A stretch of 64,000 nt of DNA. It comes from an uncultured bacterium (GTDB lineage: Bacteria; Patescibacteriota; Minisyncoccia; Phycocordibacterales; UBA9973). The notes under the pieces were generated by a model. It was given only the letters and a program-made list of their open reading frames with translations. It made no database searches and was not told where the DNA came from. The stretch is taken from NCBI GenBank assembly GCA_937903035.1, contig CALCZP010000008.1, forward strand, positions 21,551-85,550, written 5' to 3'. The translations under genes were made by a program, and so were the position numbers. This document shows, in pieces, positions 9,521 through 18,163 of this stretch (position 1 is the stretch's first letter; each line of letters starts with the position of its first letter).

Positions 9521-9529
9521 TTATCCACA
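9521..9529 (+). promoter_or_regulatory. perfect DnaA box
   Basis: TTATCCACA, 6 bp from the -35 element. Confidence 0.6.
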
Positions 9530-9548
9530 GATATGTTTCTTCCCCCTC

Positions 9549-10682
9549 TTATGACTCGTGTTCAAGCGCTATTTTGATTGCTTCAGTTGCAATAACATGT
9601 GCAGCATCTGCTTTATAAAAATGTTTTGCATGCCCGGTCATGGCATCATACCGATCCTTGTGTTTTAAAATCAGGTCGATTTCATTTTTGAGTACTGATG
9701 AGGTAAGATTTGCCTCCTCAATCACCGTGCATGCTCCAGTACGAGCGTAGTGATATGCATTTTTGCGTTGATGATCCCCATGAAAGATTTCACCCCTACC
9801 AGGTATAATGATAGATGGTTTACCCCATGCGGCAATTTCAAATATGGTTGAGCCAGCACGAGAAACAATTAAGTCACATGCACCACCAAACATCTTGGTC
9901 TCAAGATCAGAAAGGTATGGATAGACTTTGTATCGAGTACGACGAGTATCGTCACCAAGTGTAATGCGTGCATCGGTCTGTATTTCTTCGAACTGTTTTT
10001 TTCCAGTCTGGTGAATAATCTGATAATGCTCAAGGAGGTCGGGCAAAATATTCACGACAGTGTCATTAATAATTTTTGCACCAAGTGATCCCCCGATGAT
10101 CCCAATAACAGGCATCATCTCATCAAGCTCAAAGTATGACTTTGCACCTTCGTTTGCTGCAAGCGCAACACTTCGACGGACTGGCTGTCCTGTTACCGAA
10201 ACTTTTGCTTCATCAAAGTATGTAGCTGCCTCCGGGTATGAGAGTGCGACTTTGCGTGCAAACTTTCCTGACCAGAGGTTAACGCGACCTGGTACTGTAT
10301 CAGACTCATGGATAATGACTGGAATACGTAGAAGCTTTGCTGCAACAAGTGCGGGGAAACTCGCATACCCACCTTTTGAAATGATGACATCAGGATACAG
10401 TTGAAACACTTTGATCAGTGCGCCGATTGTACCAAAGCCTGTTTTGAAAATATCGATGAAATTCTGAAATGAAAAATAGGTGCGGAGTTTGCCAGCGGTG
10501 ATAGGAATAAAGGTCACAAATTGAGCGTCAAAAAGCTCTTTTTGCGAATTCTCGGTCGCCATATAGTAGAGTCTGAAATCTGTATAATGCTCATGATCAG
10601 CGATACGATTGAGCTCTTCTGCAATCGCAAGTAATGGATAGATATGACCGCCTGTTCCTCCTCCTGTCAGTAAGATTTTCAT
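9549..10682 (-). CDS. murG: MurG glycosyltransferase
   Basis: GGGTGGH, KGGYAS, HES, GGSLGA, SRAG and HQRKNA motifs. Confidence 0.95.
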   Translation of the reverse strand: MKILLTGGGTGGHIYPLLAIAEELNRIADHEHYTDFRLYYMATENSQKELFDAQFVTFIPITAGKLRTYFSFQNFIDIFKTGFGTIGALIKVFQLYPDVIISKGGYASFPALVAAKLLRIPVIIHESDTVPGRVNLWSGKFARKVALSYPEAATYFDEAKVSVTGQPVRRSVALAANEGAKSYFELDEMMPVIGIIGGSLGAKIINDTVVNILPDLLEHYQIIHQTGKKQFEEIQTDARITLGDDTRRTRYKVYPYLSDLETKMFGGACDLIVSRAGSTIFEIAAWGKPSIIIPGRGEIFHGDHQRKNAYHYARTGACTVIEEANLTSSVLKNEIDLILKHKDRYDAMTGHAKHFYKADAAHVIATEAIKIALEHES

Positions 10683-10694
10683 ATGATGGGGATA

Positions 10695-11825
10695 TTATAC
10701 CTTCTTTTTGTGACTTTCGTGAGCCGAGACATTGAGCACCATACCAGCAGATGCGAGCGCTATAGCAAGTGACGTCCCTCCATGGCTGATAAACACAAGA
10801 GGTACCCCGGTCAGCGGAAAAAGACCTACGAGGGATGCGATGTTGAGAAATGACTGTCCAACGAGGATTGTCACAATGCCTACCACTAAATATTGCGCAA
10901 AACTATCGGGCGCACCCATAGCAATCTTGTATCCACGAATCGCAAGAAATACATAGAGAATGACCAAGAGGGTACTTCCTACAAAGCCAAATTCTTCCCC
11001 GATCACTGCAAATACCGAGTCACCTTGGGGCTCTGGTAGGTAGTTAAATTTTTGTACACTTTGTCCAAGTCCTCGACCAAAGACACCTCCTGAGCCAATA
11101 GCGATGAGTGACTGCTGGAGCTGATACGATGAGCCACGAGGATCGCTTGAAGGGTTGATATACGTCTTGATACGACTCATGACGTATGGTCGCGCAAATG
11201 CGAGTATAACGATCGCCAGAAGTCCTATACCGATAATCATGGCAACTTTTTTCCATGAAACTCCTGAGACAAACAACATGCCGCACGCGGCTGCAGTGAT
11301 AAGGATGAGACTTTTGGTATCAGGCTGCCTGAGCAGCACTGCGGCGACAATGGTGAGCAGGATCATGAACGGCACGATTTTGTTTTTGAAATCCCCGCCT
11401 TTCTTGTGCATCCAGGCAAGCCATGCAGAAAAATAAATGACAAAACCAAGCTTCAAAAGTTCTGCTGGCTGAAATGATACCGGTCCGATCGAGATCCATC
11501 GTCTCGCACCACCGTGCGCAAAGCCAAGTCCTGGCACAAAGACACATGCGGTGAGCACAACTGTCCCAATAAATATATAAAACGCATGTTTGCGCCAAAA
11601 CGTATAGGGGATTTTCATGGTCGCCCAAAGCCCTGCAAGCCCAAATACAAAGCCGAGTACTATTTGGTTGAAGAGTACACCATAAAACTTGGATTCACTG
11701 CGAGCAAGAATACCAAGTGATGCTGAGACGAATGCAAACAGGCCAACCAAGCTGATCAGCAACACAATGATCAGAAAATACCGATCAAACTGCATAGGCT
11801 TCAGATGGAGCTTCTTTTTGACCAT
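10695..11825 (-). CDS. ftsW: SEDS family peptidoglycan polymerase FtsW
   Basis: GARRWI, FQPAE, QPD, SGG.FGRG, LPEPQGD and PLTGVPL motifs. Confidence 0.92.
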   Translation of the reverse strand: MVKKKLHLKPMQFDRYFLIIVLLISLVGLFAFVSASLGILARSESKFYGVLFNQIVLGFVFGLAGLWATMKIPYTFWRKHAFYIFIGTVVLTACVFVPGLGFAHGGARRWISIGPVSFQPAELLKLGFVIYFSAWLAWMHKKGGDFKNKIVPFMILLTIVAAVLLRQPDTKSLILITAAACGMLFVSGVSWKKVAMIIGIGLLAIVILAFARPYVMSRIKTYINPSSDPRGSSYQLQQSLIAIGSGGVFGRGLGQSVQKFNYLPEPQGDSVFAVIGEEFGFVGSTLLVILYVFLAIRGYKIAMGAPDSFAQYLVVGIVTILVGQSFLNIASLVGLFPLTGVPLVFISHGGTSLAIALASAGMVLNVSAHESHKKKV

Positions 11826-11828
11826 AGA

Positions 11829-12890
11829 TTAGCTAACGAGCGCAAGTACTACACCAATAATCGCGCAAATGGTTGTGACCACCCAGTATCTCATCACCAC
11901 TTTTTCCTTTGACCATCCTATAGCACGGAAGTGATGATGGAGTGGCGCAATCTTGAATACTCGTCGCTTGCCACAGTATTTATAGCTCCCAATCTGGAGA
12001 AGTACAGAGACCGTTGTCATGGTGAGTGGAAATGCAATGAGTGGAAGCAGAAGGACTGTATCAGTCAGAAATGCAACGACGGTGAGCACTACCGTGAGTC
12101 CGAGCATGCCAGTCTCACCCATATAAAATCGTGCAGGTGGAATATTGAACCAGAGAAATGCAAGTATGCCACCTGAAATCACGCCACAGAGCGCAGCGAT
12201 ATCGATCATGTTTTTCCCAAACGCAATCGCCGCAAATGCCGCAAAGACAATCGCAAGTACACCACCGGCAAGTCCATCGAGTCCATCAATCACACTGGTC
12301 GAGTATGTCGCAAGCATGACAATGATGAATACGGGAACAAAGAACGCACCGAGTACGAGTGGCGTACCAAACGGAATCGCAATACTGGCCACTCCGAGCT
12401 TGAAGTAAAACCATGACCCCACGGCGATTGCGATCACGAGCACTGACGCAATCTTGAGATAGCGATACTCAAGCGCATCATTTGCAGCCTTGCCGTCGCC
12501 GCCCTTTATCTGTACATAGTCATCAAAAAGTCCGATAAACGCACCAAGCAAGAGACTACCAAGTGGTACCAATGTCTGACTCTTTGAAAAGAAATCAAGC
12601 TTTGATGAGAGATCGGATGGAAACGCACGAGAAATGATCCAGATGAGTGCGACACAAATGATCACTGAAAGCCAAATGATGATACCTCCGACCCGAGGAG
12701 TGGAGACTTCGGCAGACGCATCATGCACACTTGCAAAGTCTTTGTTGGTAATGTCGCCTGCATCGCTACGAATTTTCTTTTTCCAGAGCTTGTGGGCGTA
12801 CATGTAGTCAGTAAGTCGTGGTGTGATCGCAATACCGACAATGAACGCAAGTGCTGTGGGGAGGAAAATTTTGATGACGTTTAATATCAT
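11829..12890 (-). CDS. mraY: phospho-N-acetylmuramoyl-pentapeptide transferase
   Basis: TP..GG, DD, DGLDGL, FYMGETG and APLHHHF motifs. Confidence 0.93.
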   Translation of the reverse strand: MILNVIKIFLPTALAFIVGIAITPRLTDYMYAHKLWKKKIRSDAGDITNKDFASVHDASAEVSTPRVGGIIIWLSVIICVALIWIISRAFPSDLSSKLDFFSKSQTLVPLGSLLLGAFIGLFDDYVQIKGGDGKAANDALEYRYLKIASVLVIAIAVGSWFYFKLGVASIAIPFGTPLVLGAFFVPVFIIVMLATYSTSVIDGLDGLAGGVLAIVFAAFAAIAFGKNMIDIAALCGVISGGILAFLWFNIPPARFYMGETGMLGLTVVLTVVAFLTDTVLLLPLIAFPLTMTTVSVLLQIGSYKYCGKRRVFKIAPLHHHFRAIGWSKEKVVMRYWVVTTICAIIGVVLALVS

Positions 12891-12892
12891 GA

Positions 12893-13405
12893 TTAGATTT
12901 CTCGTTTTAGTAATGTCTCGATCTTCTGCTTGGTCTCAGTATACTGCGGCAAACTCTCGACTGATGATACACCGTAGTGCTCCAAAAGTTGCAGTGTTGG
13001 CGCATAGCCTTTATCCTTGGATTCGATCAGTCCCCGGATTTGGAGCGCACGCAGACTATATGAGGAGTTCACGCCACGAATAAATTCAATCTCAGCCTTG
13101 GTTGCGCCAGTATGGTACGCAATGATAGCGAGGACTTCAGCAGAAGCCTTTGAAAGGTCTTTTGAAAGCTCTTCTTTGCGGACTGATGCGAGGAGCTCGC
13201 TATGCTCTGGTGTTGTGGCAAGGACGACATCAGTTCCCTGTCGTACGATACTAAATGCATGCTCAGTAAGTGCTTGTGCAAGCTCATCAACTGCCGCAAC
13301 TACCGCTTCATCATCTACACTGAGTCGCTTTGCTAGCGCCGAAATACTCCAGGACTCTGCAGTCGCAAACAGGAGAGCTTCAATTTGTACTGCAAGTGGT
13401 GACAT
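12893..13405 (-). CDS. scpB: SMC-Scp subunit ScpB
   Basis: IEALLF, LS.A..EVLAIIAY and IEFIRGVNS motifs. Confidence 0.92.
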   Translation of the reverse strand: MSPLAVQIEALLFATAESWSISALAKRLSVDDEAVVAAVDELAQALTEHAFSIVRQGTDVVLATTPEHSELLASVRKEELSKDLSKASAEVLAIIAYHTGATKAEIEFIRGVNSSYSLRALQIRGLIESKDKGYAPTLQLLEHYGVSSVESLPQYTETKQKIETLLKREI

Positions 13406-14176
13406 TTAAATATAATCAGTCTGTATTTCTTCGGGTGCGATAGTCGCAGCTTGTTTCTCAAGGCTAATATCAGCAAAGAGTTCGTCTTGCTCAGCAGCAA
13501 GAAGTCCCCGTCTTACAAGCTCTAGCATACCAAGAAATGAGACAATCGTGTAGACACGCTGACTCTTGTCATCGCCATCCGGTGACTGCACACGGAGATC
13601 ATTGAACGATAGCTTCTGCATCGCACGCTCAATCCGCTCAGTGAGTGTGACCAATACCTCAGTAATACTAATCGTCTTATAGACGCGAGCCTCGGGTTTC
13701 TTGGCCTCAGGGATAGGCATGCGCACTGCCGTCTCGTGAATGAGCCCGGGCAACATATCGACAGTGAGTTTCTCATCAGGCGCAAATACGGCTCCTGGCA
13801 TGCGACTCACGCCTTCAAATGAGACGCGCTTGCCATAGAGACGCATCATATCTCCTGATACTTGGGAAATGATCTGGTAGAGTGCCACACGACGCTCAAG
13901 ATCGGTTATCGATGCGGACTCTTCGGTCGTGAGCTCAAGATTTGGGAGCAGTGATCGCGCCTTGATGAGGATAAGTGTAGCTGCAACCGAGAGAAAGCTT
14001 GCTACCGTATCAGGATGCATGCCGCGACCTTGGATATATGCAACAAAATCATCGGTGACTGACGCCAGTGAGACAGCGTTCACAAACAGCTTTCGCTTCT
14101 CGATGAGTTCAAGCAAGACCTCAATCGGTCCTTCAAAGACTTCGTGCTTAACAATAAAAGCAGTACCATTTTCCAT
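13406..14176 (-). CDS. scpA: SMC kleisin ScpA
   Basis: FEGP..LL.LI, AATL..IKARSLLP and FL..LEL motifs. Confidence 0.92.
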   Translation of the reverse strand: MENGTAFIVKHEVFEGPIEVLLELIEKRKLFVNAVSLASVTDDFVAYIQGRGMHPDTVASFLSVAATLILIKARSLLPNLELTTEESASITDLERRVALYQIISQVSGDMMRLYGKRVSFEGVSRMPGAVFAPDEKLTVDMLPGLIHETAVRMPIPEAKKPEARVYKTISITEVLVTLTERIERAMQKLSFNDLRVQSPDGDDKSQRVYTIVSFLGMLELVRRGLLAAEQDELFADISLEKQAATIAPEEIQTDYI

Positions 14177-14266
14177 GTATTTGTATAGTATACCGCGTTA
14201 CGCTTTATTCGTCTGAATATTTGACATTTTTTATATATAATGTAATGTGATTTCAAACGAAACGAT

Positions 14267-14572
14267 ATGAGTGAGACATATGAAAGTCTTGGTCACAAAT
14301 CATCGGTGTGTCAAAAAATTGGGTATCCTAGCAAAGAAATTGCTGACAGAGCATTATGGCGCATCAAACACAGTCTTGGTCGAAACAAAAAACCAACTCG
14401 ATCATATGAATGTGATGACTGTCATGAATGGCACCTTACTTCACTCCCCTATGGGCGCTATAAAGCAAGTAAAGATTTTGAACAAAGAAATTCAAATAAT
14501 TTTACTTTACAGTATCAGTCGCGATGGGAAGCACTTTTTGAAACACACGAAACAGACCATGTAGAAACTTAA
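14267..14572 (+). CDS. small putative Zn-binding protein (phage-like)
   Basis: C.K.GY.S...A...R.YEC..C..WHLTS; own TTGACA promoter at 14221 and a terminator. Confidence 0.7.
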   Translation: MSETYESLGHKSSVCQKIGYPSKEIADRALWRIKHSLGRNKKPTRSYECDDCHEWHLTSLPYGRYKASKDFEQRNSNNFTLQYQSRWEALFETHETDHVET

Positions 14573-14607
14573 ATCCCCCTTTGTTGTAGATCAAAGGGGG
14601 ATTTTTT
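14571..14607. terminator. bidirectional terminator
   Basis: aaatccccctttg...caaagggggatttt. Confidence 0.85.
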
Positions 14608-14608
14608 C

Positions 14609-16036
14609 TTATTTCTTTTCTATCTTCTTCAAGACAATATTGAGCTCATCAAGTTGTTTTTGAGCGACGATTGATGGTGCATTCATCATAGGGTCCTTGC
14701 CTTCGCCAGTCTTTGGGAATGCAATCACCTCACGAATGTTTGGTTCGTTGAGGAGGAGCATGATGAATCTGTCGAGACCCCATGCAATACCCCCATGTGG
14801 TGGTGTGCCGACCTTGAATGCCTGGAGCATATGACCAAAGTCTTCCTCGATCTTCTCGCCTGCATGGCCCAGGATTTCAAACACACGCATGAGCGCCTCA
14901 AAGTTGTGGTTGCGGATAGAACCACCACCAATCTCATATCCATTGAGACAAATGTCGTACTGGGTCGTGAGAATAGCACCGATGTCACGCTTTTCCATCA
15001 AGTTGGGCATATGCTCAGGAATAGGACGTGAGAACGGATTGTGCGTATAGGTCCATGAGCCCGTTGCATCAGGATTGTCTGACTTTTCAGTTGCTTCAAA
15101 GAATGGAAAGTCTACTACCCAGCAAAATGCAAGGAGATCAGGATCATTCTTGTCTTCACGGATATCAGGACGGTCATTGCCATATTTCTCCATTGCATCC
15201 TTGTACGAAATGCGTGGGAATGGAATTTGCTGAATCTTCTTTTCTGGGAAGAGCTTGGTCACAATGTCGATCAGCAGTGCTTCGTTGACTGCCATGACAT
15301 CATCACGCTCTACAAAGCTCATTTCCATATCAAGCTGGGTAAACTCTGGCTGACGATCGCCGCGAGTGTCCTCGTCACGCATACATTTTGCTACCTGGAA
15401 ATACCGCTCGATACCACCGGTCATGAGGAGCTGCTTGTACTGCTGCGGTGATTGTGGGAGTGCGTAGAATGTCCCTGGATAGACACGAGATGGTACGACG
15501 TAGTCACGCGCACCTTCAGGCGTACTCTTGGTGAGGATCGGTGTTTCAACTTCGATAAATTTCTCACCATGCAGGTAGGTACGCACATGATTGATCACTG
15601 CATCACGAGTACGAATGTTGCGCTGCATACGAGCGCTGCGAAGATCGAGATATCGATGCTTGAGACGGACTTCCTCGTTCACTTCCTTGGTATCAACATT
15701 GATCTCAAACGGGAGTGGCTCTGCGTGGTTGAGGATGGTGATAGCAGTGACTTCAAGCTCGATGTCGCCATTTTGCTTGTCAGCCTGCACATTGCGCTCT
15801 GGGCGTTTATTGACAATACCTTCGACTGATACGACCGTCTCAGGACGTGCAGTCTTGGCAATCTCAATAACCTCAGGACGGTTTGGAAGGACGACACCCT
15901 GGATCATGCCAGTCATGTCACGGAAGTCAAAAAAGACCATCTTGCCCTGGTCGCGACGAACGTCGATCCAGCCTTTGATAAGTATTGTTTCGCCAGCTTG
16001 TGCCCCGGCGTCAGCGATATAGGTTCTGTTTGTCAT
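14609..16036 (-). CDS. aspS: aspartyl-tRNA synthetase, compact form without the GAD insertion
   Basis: RYLDLR, STPEGARDY, LPQSPQ, DRQPEFTQLD, GGGSIR and PPHGGIAWGLDR motifs. Confidence 0.96.
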   Translation of the reverse strand: MTNRTYIADAGAQAGETILIKGWIDVRRDQGKMVFFDFRDMTGMIQGVVLPNRPEVIEIAKTARPETVVSVEGIVNKRPERNVQADKQNGDIELEVTAITILNHAEPLPFEINVDTKEVNEEVRLKHRYLDLRSARMQRNIRTRDAVINHVRTYLHGEKFIEVETPILTKSTPEGARDYVVPSRVYPGTFYALPQSPQQYKQLLMTGGIERYFQVAKCMRDEDTRGDRQPEFTQLDMEMSFVERDDVMAVNEALLIDIVTKLFPEKKIQQIPFPRISYKDAMEKYGNDRPDIREDKNDPDLLAFCWVVDFPFFEATEKSDNPDATGSWTYTHNPFSRPIPEHMPNLMEKRDIGAILTTQYDICLNGYEIGGGSIRNHNFEALMRVFEILGHAGEKIEEDFGHMLQAFKVGTPPHGGIAWGLDRFIMLLLNEPNIREVIAFPKTGEGKDPMMNAPSIVAQKQLDELNIVLKKIEKK

Positions 16037-16060
16037 GTTATTTAGAGATGAAGAGGGGTC

Positions 16061-16206
16061 AATAAAAAAATCACCTCTTCGAACTTACATTTGTAAATTC
16101 GCAGGGGCGATCTTTCGAAGGAACGCGGTGCCACCCTACTTTTGGTCTCTGGTATCTTATCCTCGCCTCCCTGGTGTCAGCAGTTCATCAGCTAAAATAT
16201 CTACCA
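16061..16206 (-). promoter_or_regulatory. T-box riboswitch (Asp, transcriptional, ultra-short stem I)
   Basis: Antiterminator GTAGGG-TGGCACC-GCG...CGC-CCCTGC; overlapping terminator with U-run; K-turn; GAC loop; -10 TGgTATAGT at 16211-16219. Confidence 0.85.
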
Positions 16207-16271
16207 TTGAACTATACCAAAAATCCCGAATAAAAAAAGCCCCGGTAAGGGGCTTTAAGAAATATACTTCT

Positions 16272-18071
16272 CTAAGACAAAGAAAGTGGTACGAGGCGGG
16301 ATGCATCATGCAGCTTTTTGAACACACCATTCTTTATAGTCAGAAGTTCTTGCTTTGGACCATTTTCTACAATACATCCTTCACTTAGTACAATAACTCG
16401 ATCCACCATATCTAATGTGTTGAACTGATGAGAGATAATCAAGCATGTCTTTCCTTTCGATATACTGTCGTAAGAACGTACAATATCAAGTAAGGCTTCA
16501 GTATCAAGCGAAGCGGTAAATTCATCAAGTACAAGCAGTTTAGGATCTTTACATGCAACACCAGCAAGTCCAATTTTTTGACTTTGACCACCAGAAAGTT
16601 TTGTTGAATCGTCAAAAATCTTACTGATTTTATGGTTGAGTCCGTGTTTAAACTTGCGAATTGACGTATCCATCCCAACAGCTTCAAGTGAACGCCATAG
16701 TTCATGTTCTGAAAAAGACTTTCGAAAATTAAACGCAGCAAGTGTGAATCGCACACTGCCTTCAAGTAGGCGAAAATCTTGGAATAGAACACCAGTAATT
16801 GCAAGCAGTGAATCACGATTGATTAGCTTGATGTCCATGCCGTTAATAAGGATTGAGCCCTCTGTTACGTCGTAAAAACGAAGCAATAGTAATGCGAGTG
16901 TCGTTTTACCTTCACCGTTTTTACCAACTAGACCAACTCGTTCCCCACTTTTAATACTGAATGAGCAGTTCCGCAGTATCCATTGTTCACTTTCAGGATA
17001 CTTAAACCATACATTTCGAAATTCAATAAATGGAGCACTGGTATCATCTACTTGTTTTGCATTTGCTGCGTCACTTATCGCTGGTTCACCCTCTACTACT
17101 AGATAGAAATCCTCGGCTTTCTTGATTGTAATCCCAAGTGTAACGATTTTTTCACTGATAAATGTCAATGAATCAGAAAGTCTATTAAAGGAGTTGAAGA
17201 ATACAAAAAGGACGCCTATTGTTTGCTTTCCTTGTCCGATTTGATAGGTCAGATACAAAAGCAGCAGGGCTTCTGCCGTGAAAAACAACACATCATTGAG
17301 CCAGTTGATCCGAAAGAAATGAATGGTGTTTTTTAAATTTACCCCACTGATTTTCAAGCGAAGTGAATTGAATAGATCCATTGCATGGGTATTTGCTTGA
17401 TTGATACGAGCATCTTTGCTACCCATAAACCCTGATAATGCTCCTTGATACCGTTCGAGTTCTTTTCTTTTTTTCTCATTCTTGTATTGACGTTTTTTTC
17501 TATTCCAAATACGATACATACGAGGAAATACGATAAAAAGAAGCAGTATTGGTCCCCACCAAACGATATAACACAGTGTTACTAATGCAACAGTCAGTAT
17601 TATAGTGTTATGGATGAGGTCAATTTCAGTTTGCAGTACCTCACTAATGGCACCTTGATTGTTTCGAGCATTTGCAAGTGCATCTTGCATTTTTTTACTC
17701 TCACGATCTTGGAGATCATACTTTGTATATGACTTCCAAAATATTGTTTGCACCCGATCATTGATAGCTCTTGCAATTCTCTGTGTAAGCGTATTGCGAT
17801 AATACGATATCGACCGAAACGTTACATCTACTGCACCATTAAGAAAAATTAAGGTAATAATACTTAGATTTTCTAATAGATGCGATTGGTGACTTAATTT
17901 ATTCATAAGCTCACCAAAGAGCCACGAGCCGATAAGCCACCACTGACTACCAACAGCAAGTAATACTAATGAAAATACTACTGAGCGACGCATTTTTCGT
18001 GGAATAAACTGGCGATTTGTTTTTGCCAATAAGCTGAAAAATCCTTTGGTTTTTTGGCCAATTTTTGCCAT
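16272..18071 (-). CDS. ABC exporter (TMD-NBD fusion), AT-rich
   Basis: TM region; GKNGEGKT, LSGGQ, LVLDE and H-loop; own TTGACT-N16-TATAAT promoter. Confidence 0.9.
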   Translation of the reverse strand: MAKIGQKTKGFFSLLAKTNRQFIPRKMRRSVVFSLVLLAVGSQWWLIGSWLFGELMNKLSHQSHLLENLSIITLIFLNGAVDVTFRSISYYRNTLTQRIARAINDRVQTIFWKSYTKYDLQDRESKKMQDALANARNNQGAISEVLQTEIDLIHNTIILTVALVTLCYIVWWGPILLLFIVFPRMYRIWNRKKRQYKNEKKRKELERYQGALSGFMGSKDARINQANTHAMDLFNSLRLKISGVNLKNTIHFFRINWLNDVLFFTAEALLLLYLTYQIGQGKQTIGVLFVFFNSFNRLSDSLTFISEKIVTLGITIKKAEDFYLVVEGEPAISDAANAKQVDDTSAPFIEFRNVWFKYPESEQWILRNCSFSIKSGERVGLVGKNGEGKTTLALLLLRFYDVTEGSILINGMDIKLINRDSLLAITGVLFQDFRLLEGSVRFTLAAFNFRKSFSEHELWRSLEAVGMDTSIRKFKHGLNHKISKIFDDSTKLSGGQSQKIGLAGVACKDPKLLVLDEFTASLDTEALLDIVRSYDSISKGKTCLIISHQFNTLDMVDRVIVLSEGCIVENGPKQELLTIKNGVFKKLHDASRLVPLSLS

Positions 18072-18163
18072 ACATATTAAGTTTTAAAGGTGAAAAATGT
18101 TGTTTTATTTTTTCAATATTATACTTATTTTTTATAATAAGTCAAATACTTCTATATGAATTA

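Noticed and set aside
9521-9529. oriC
   Set aside because: A single DnaA box with no cluster or unwinding element, and no adjacent dnaA
14271-14564. Overlapping alternative-frame ORF
   Set aside because: The 14267 frame carries the recognisable Cys/His motif; this frame has none
4882-14572. Prophage, suggested by the HTH and Zn-finger phage-like ORFs
   Set aside because: Isolated genes among housekeeping loci; no integrase, terminase large subunit or structural genes
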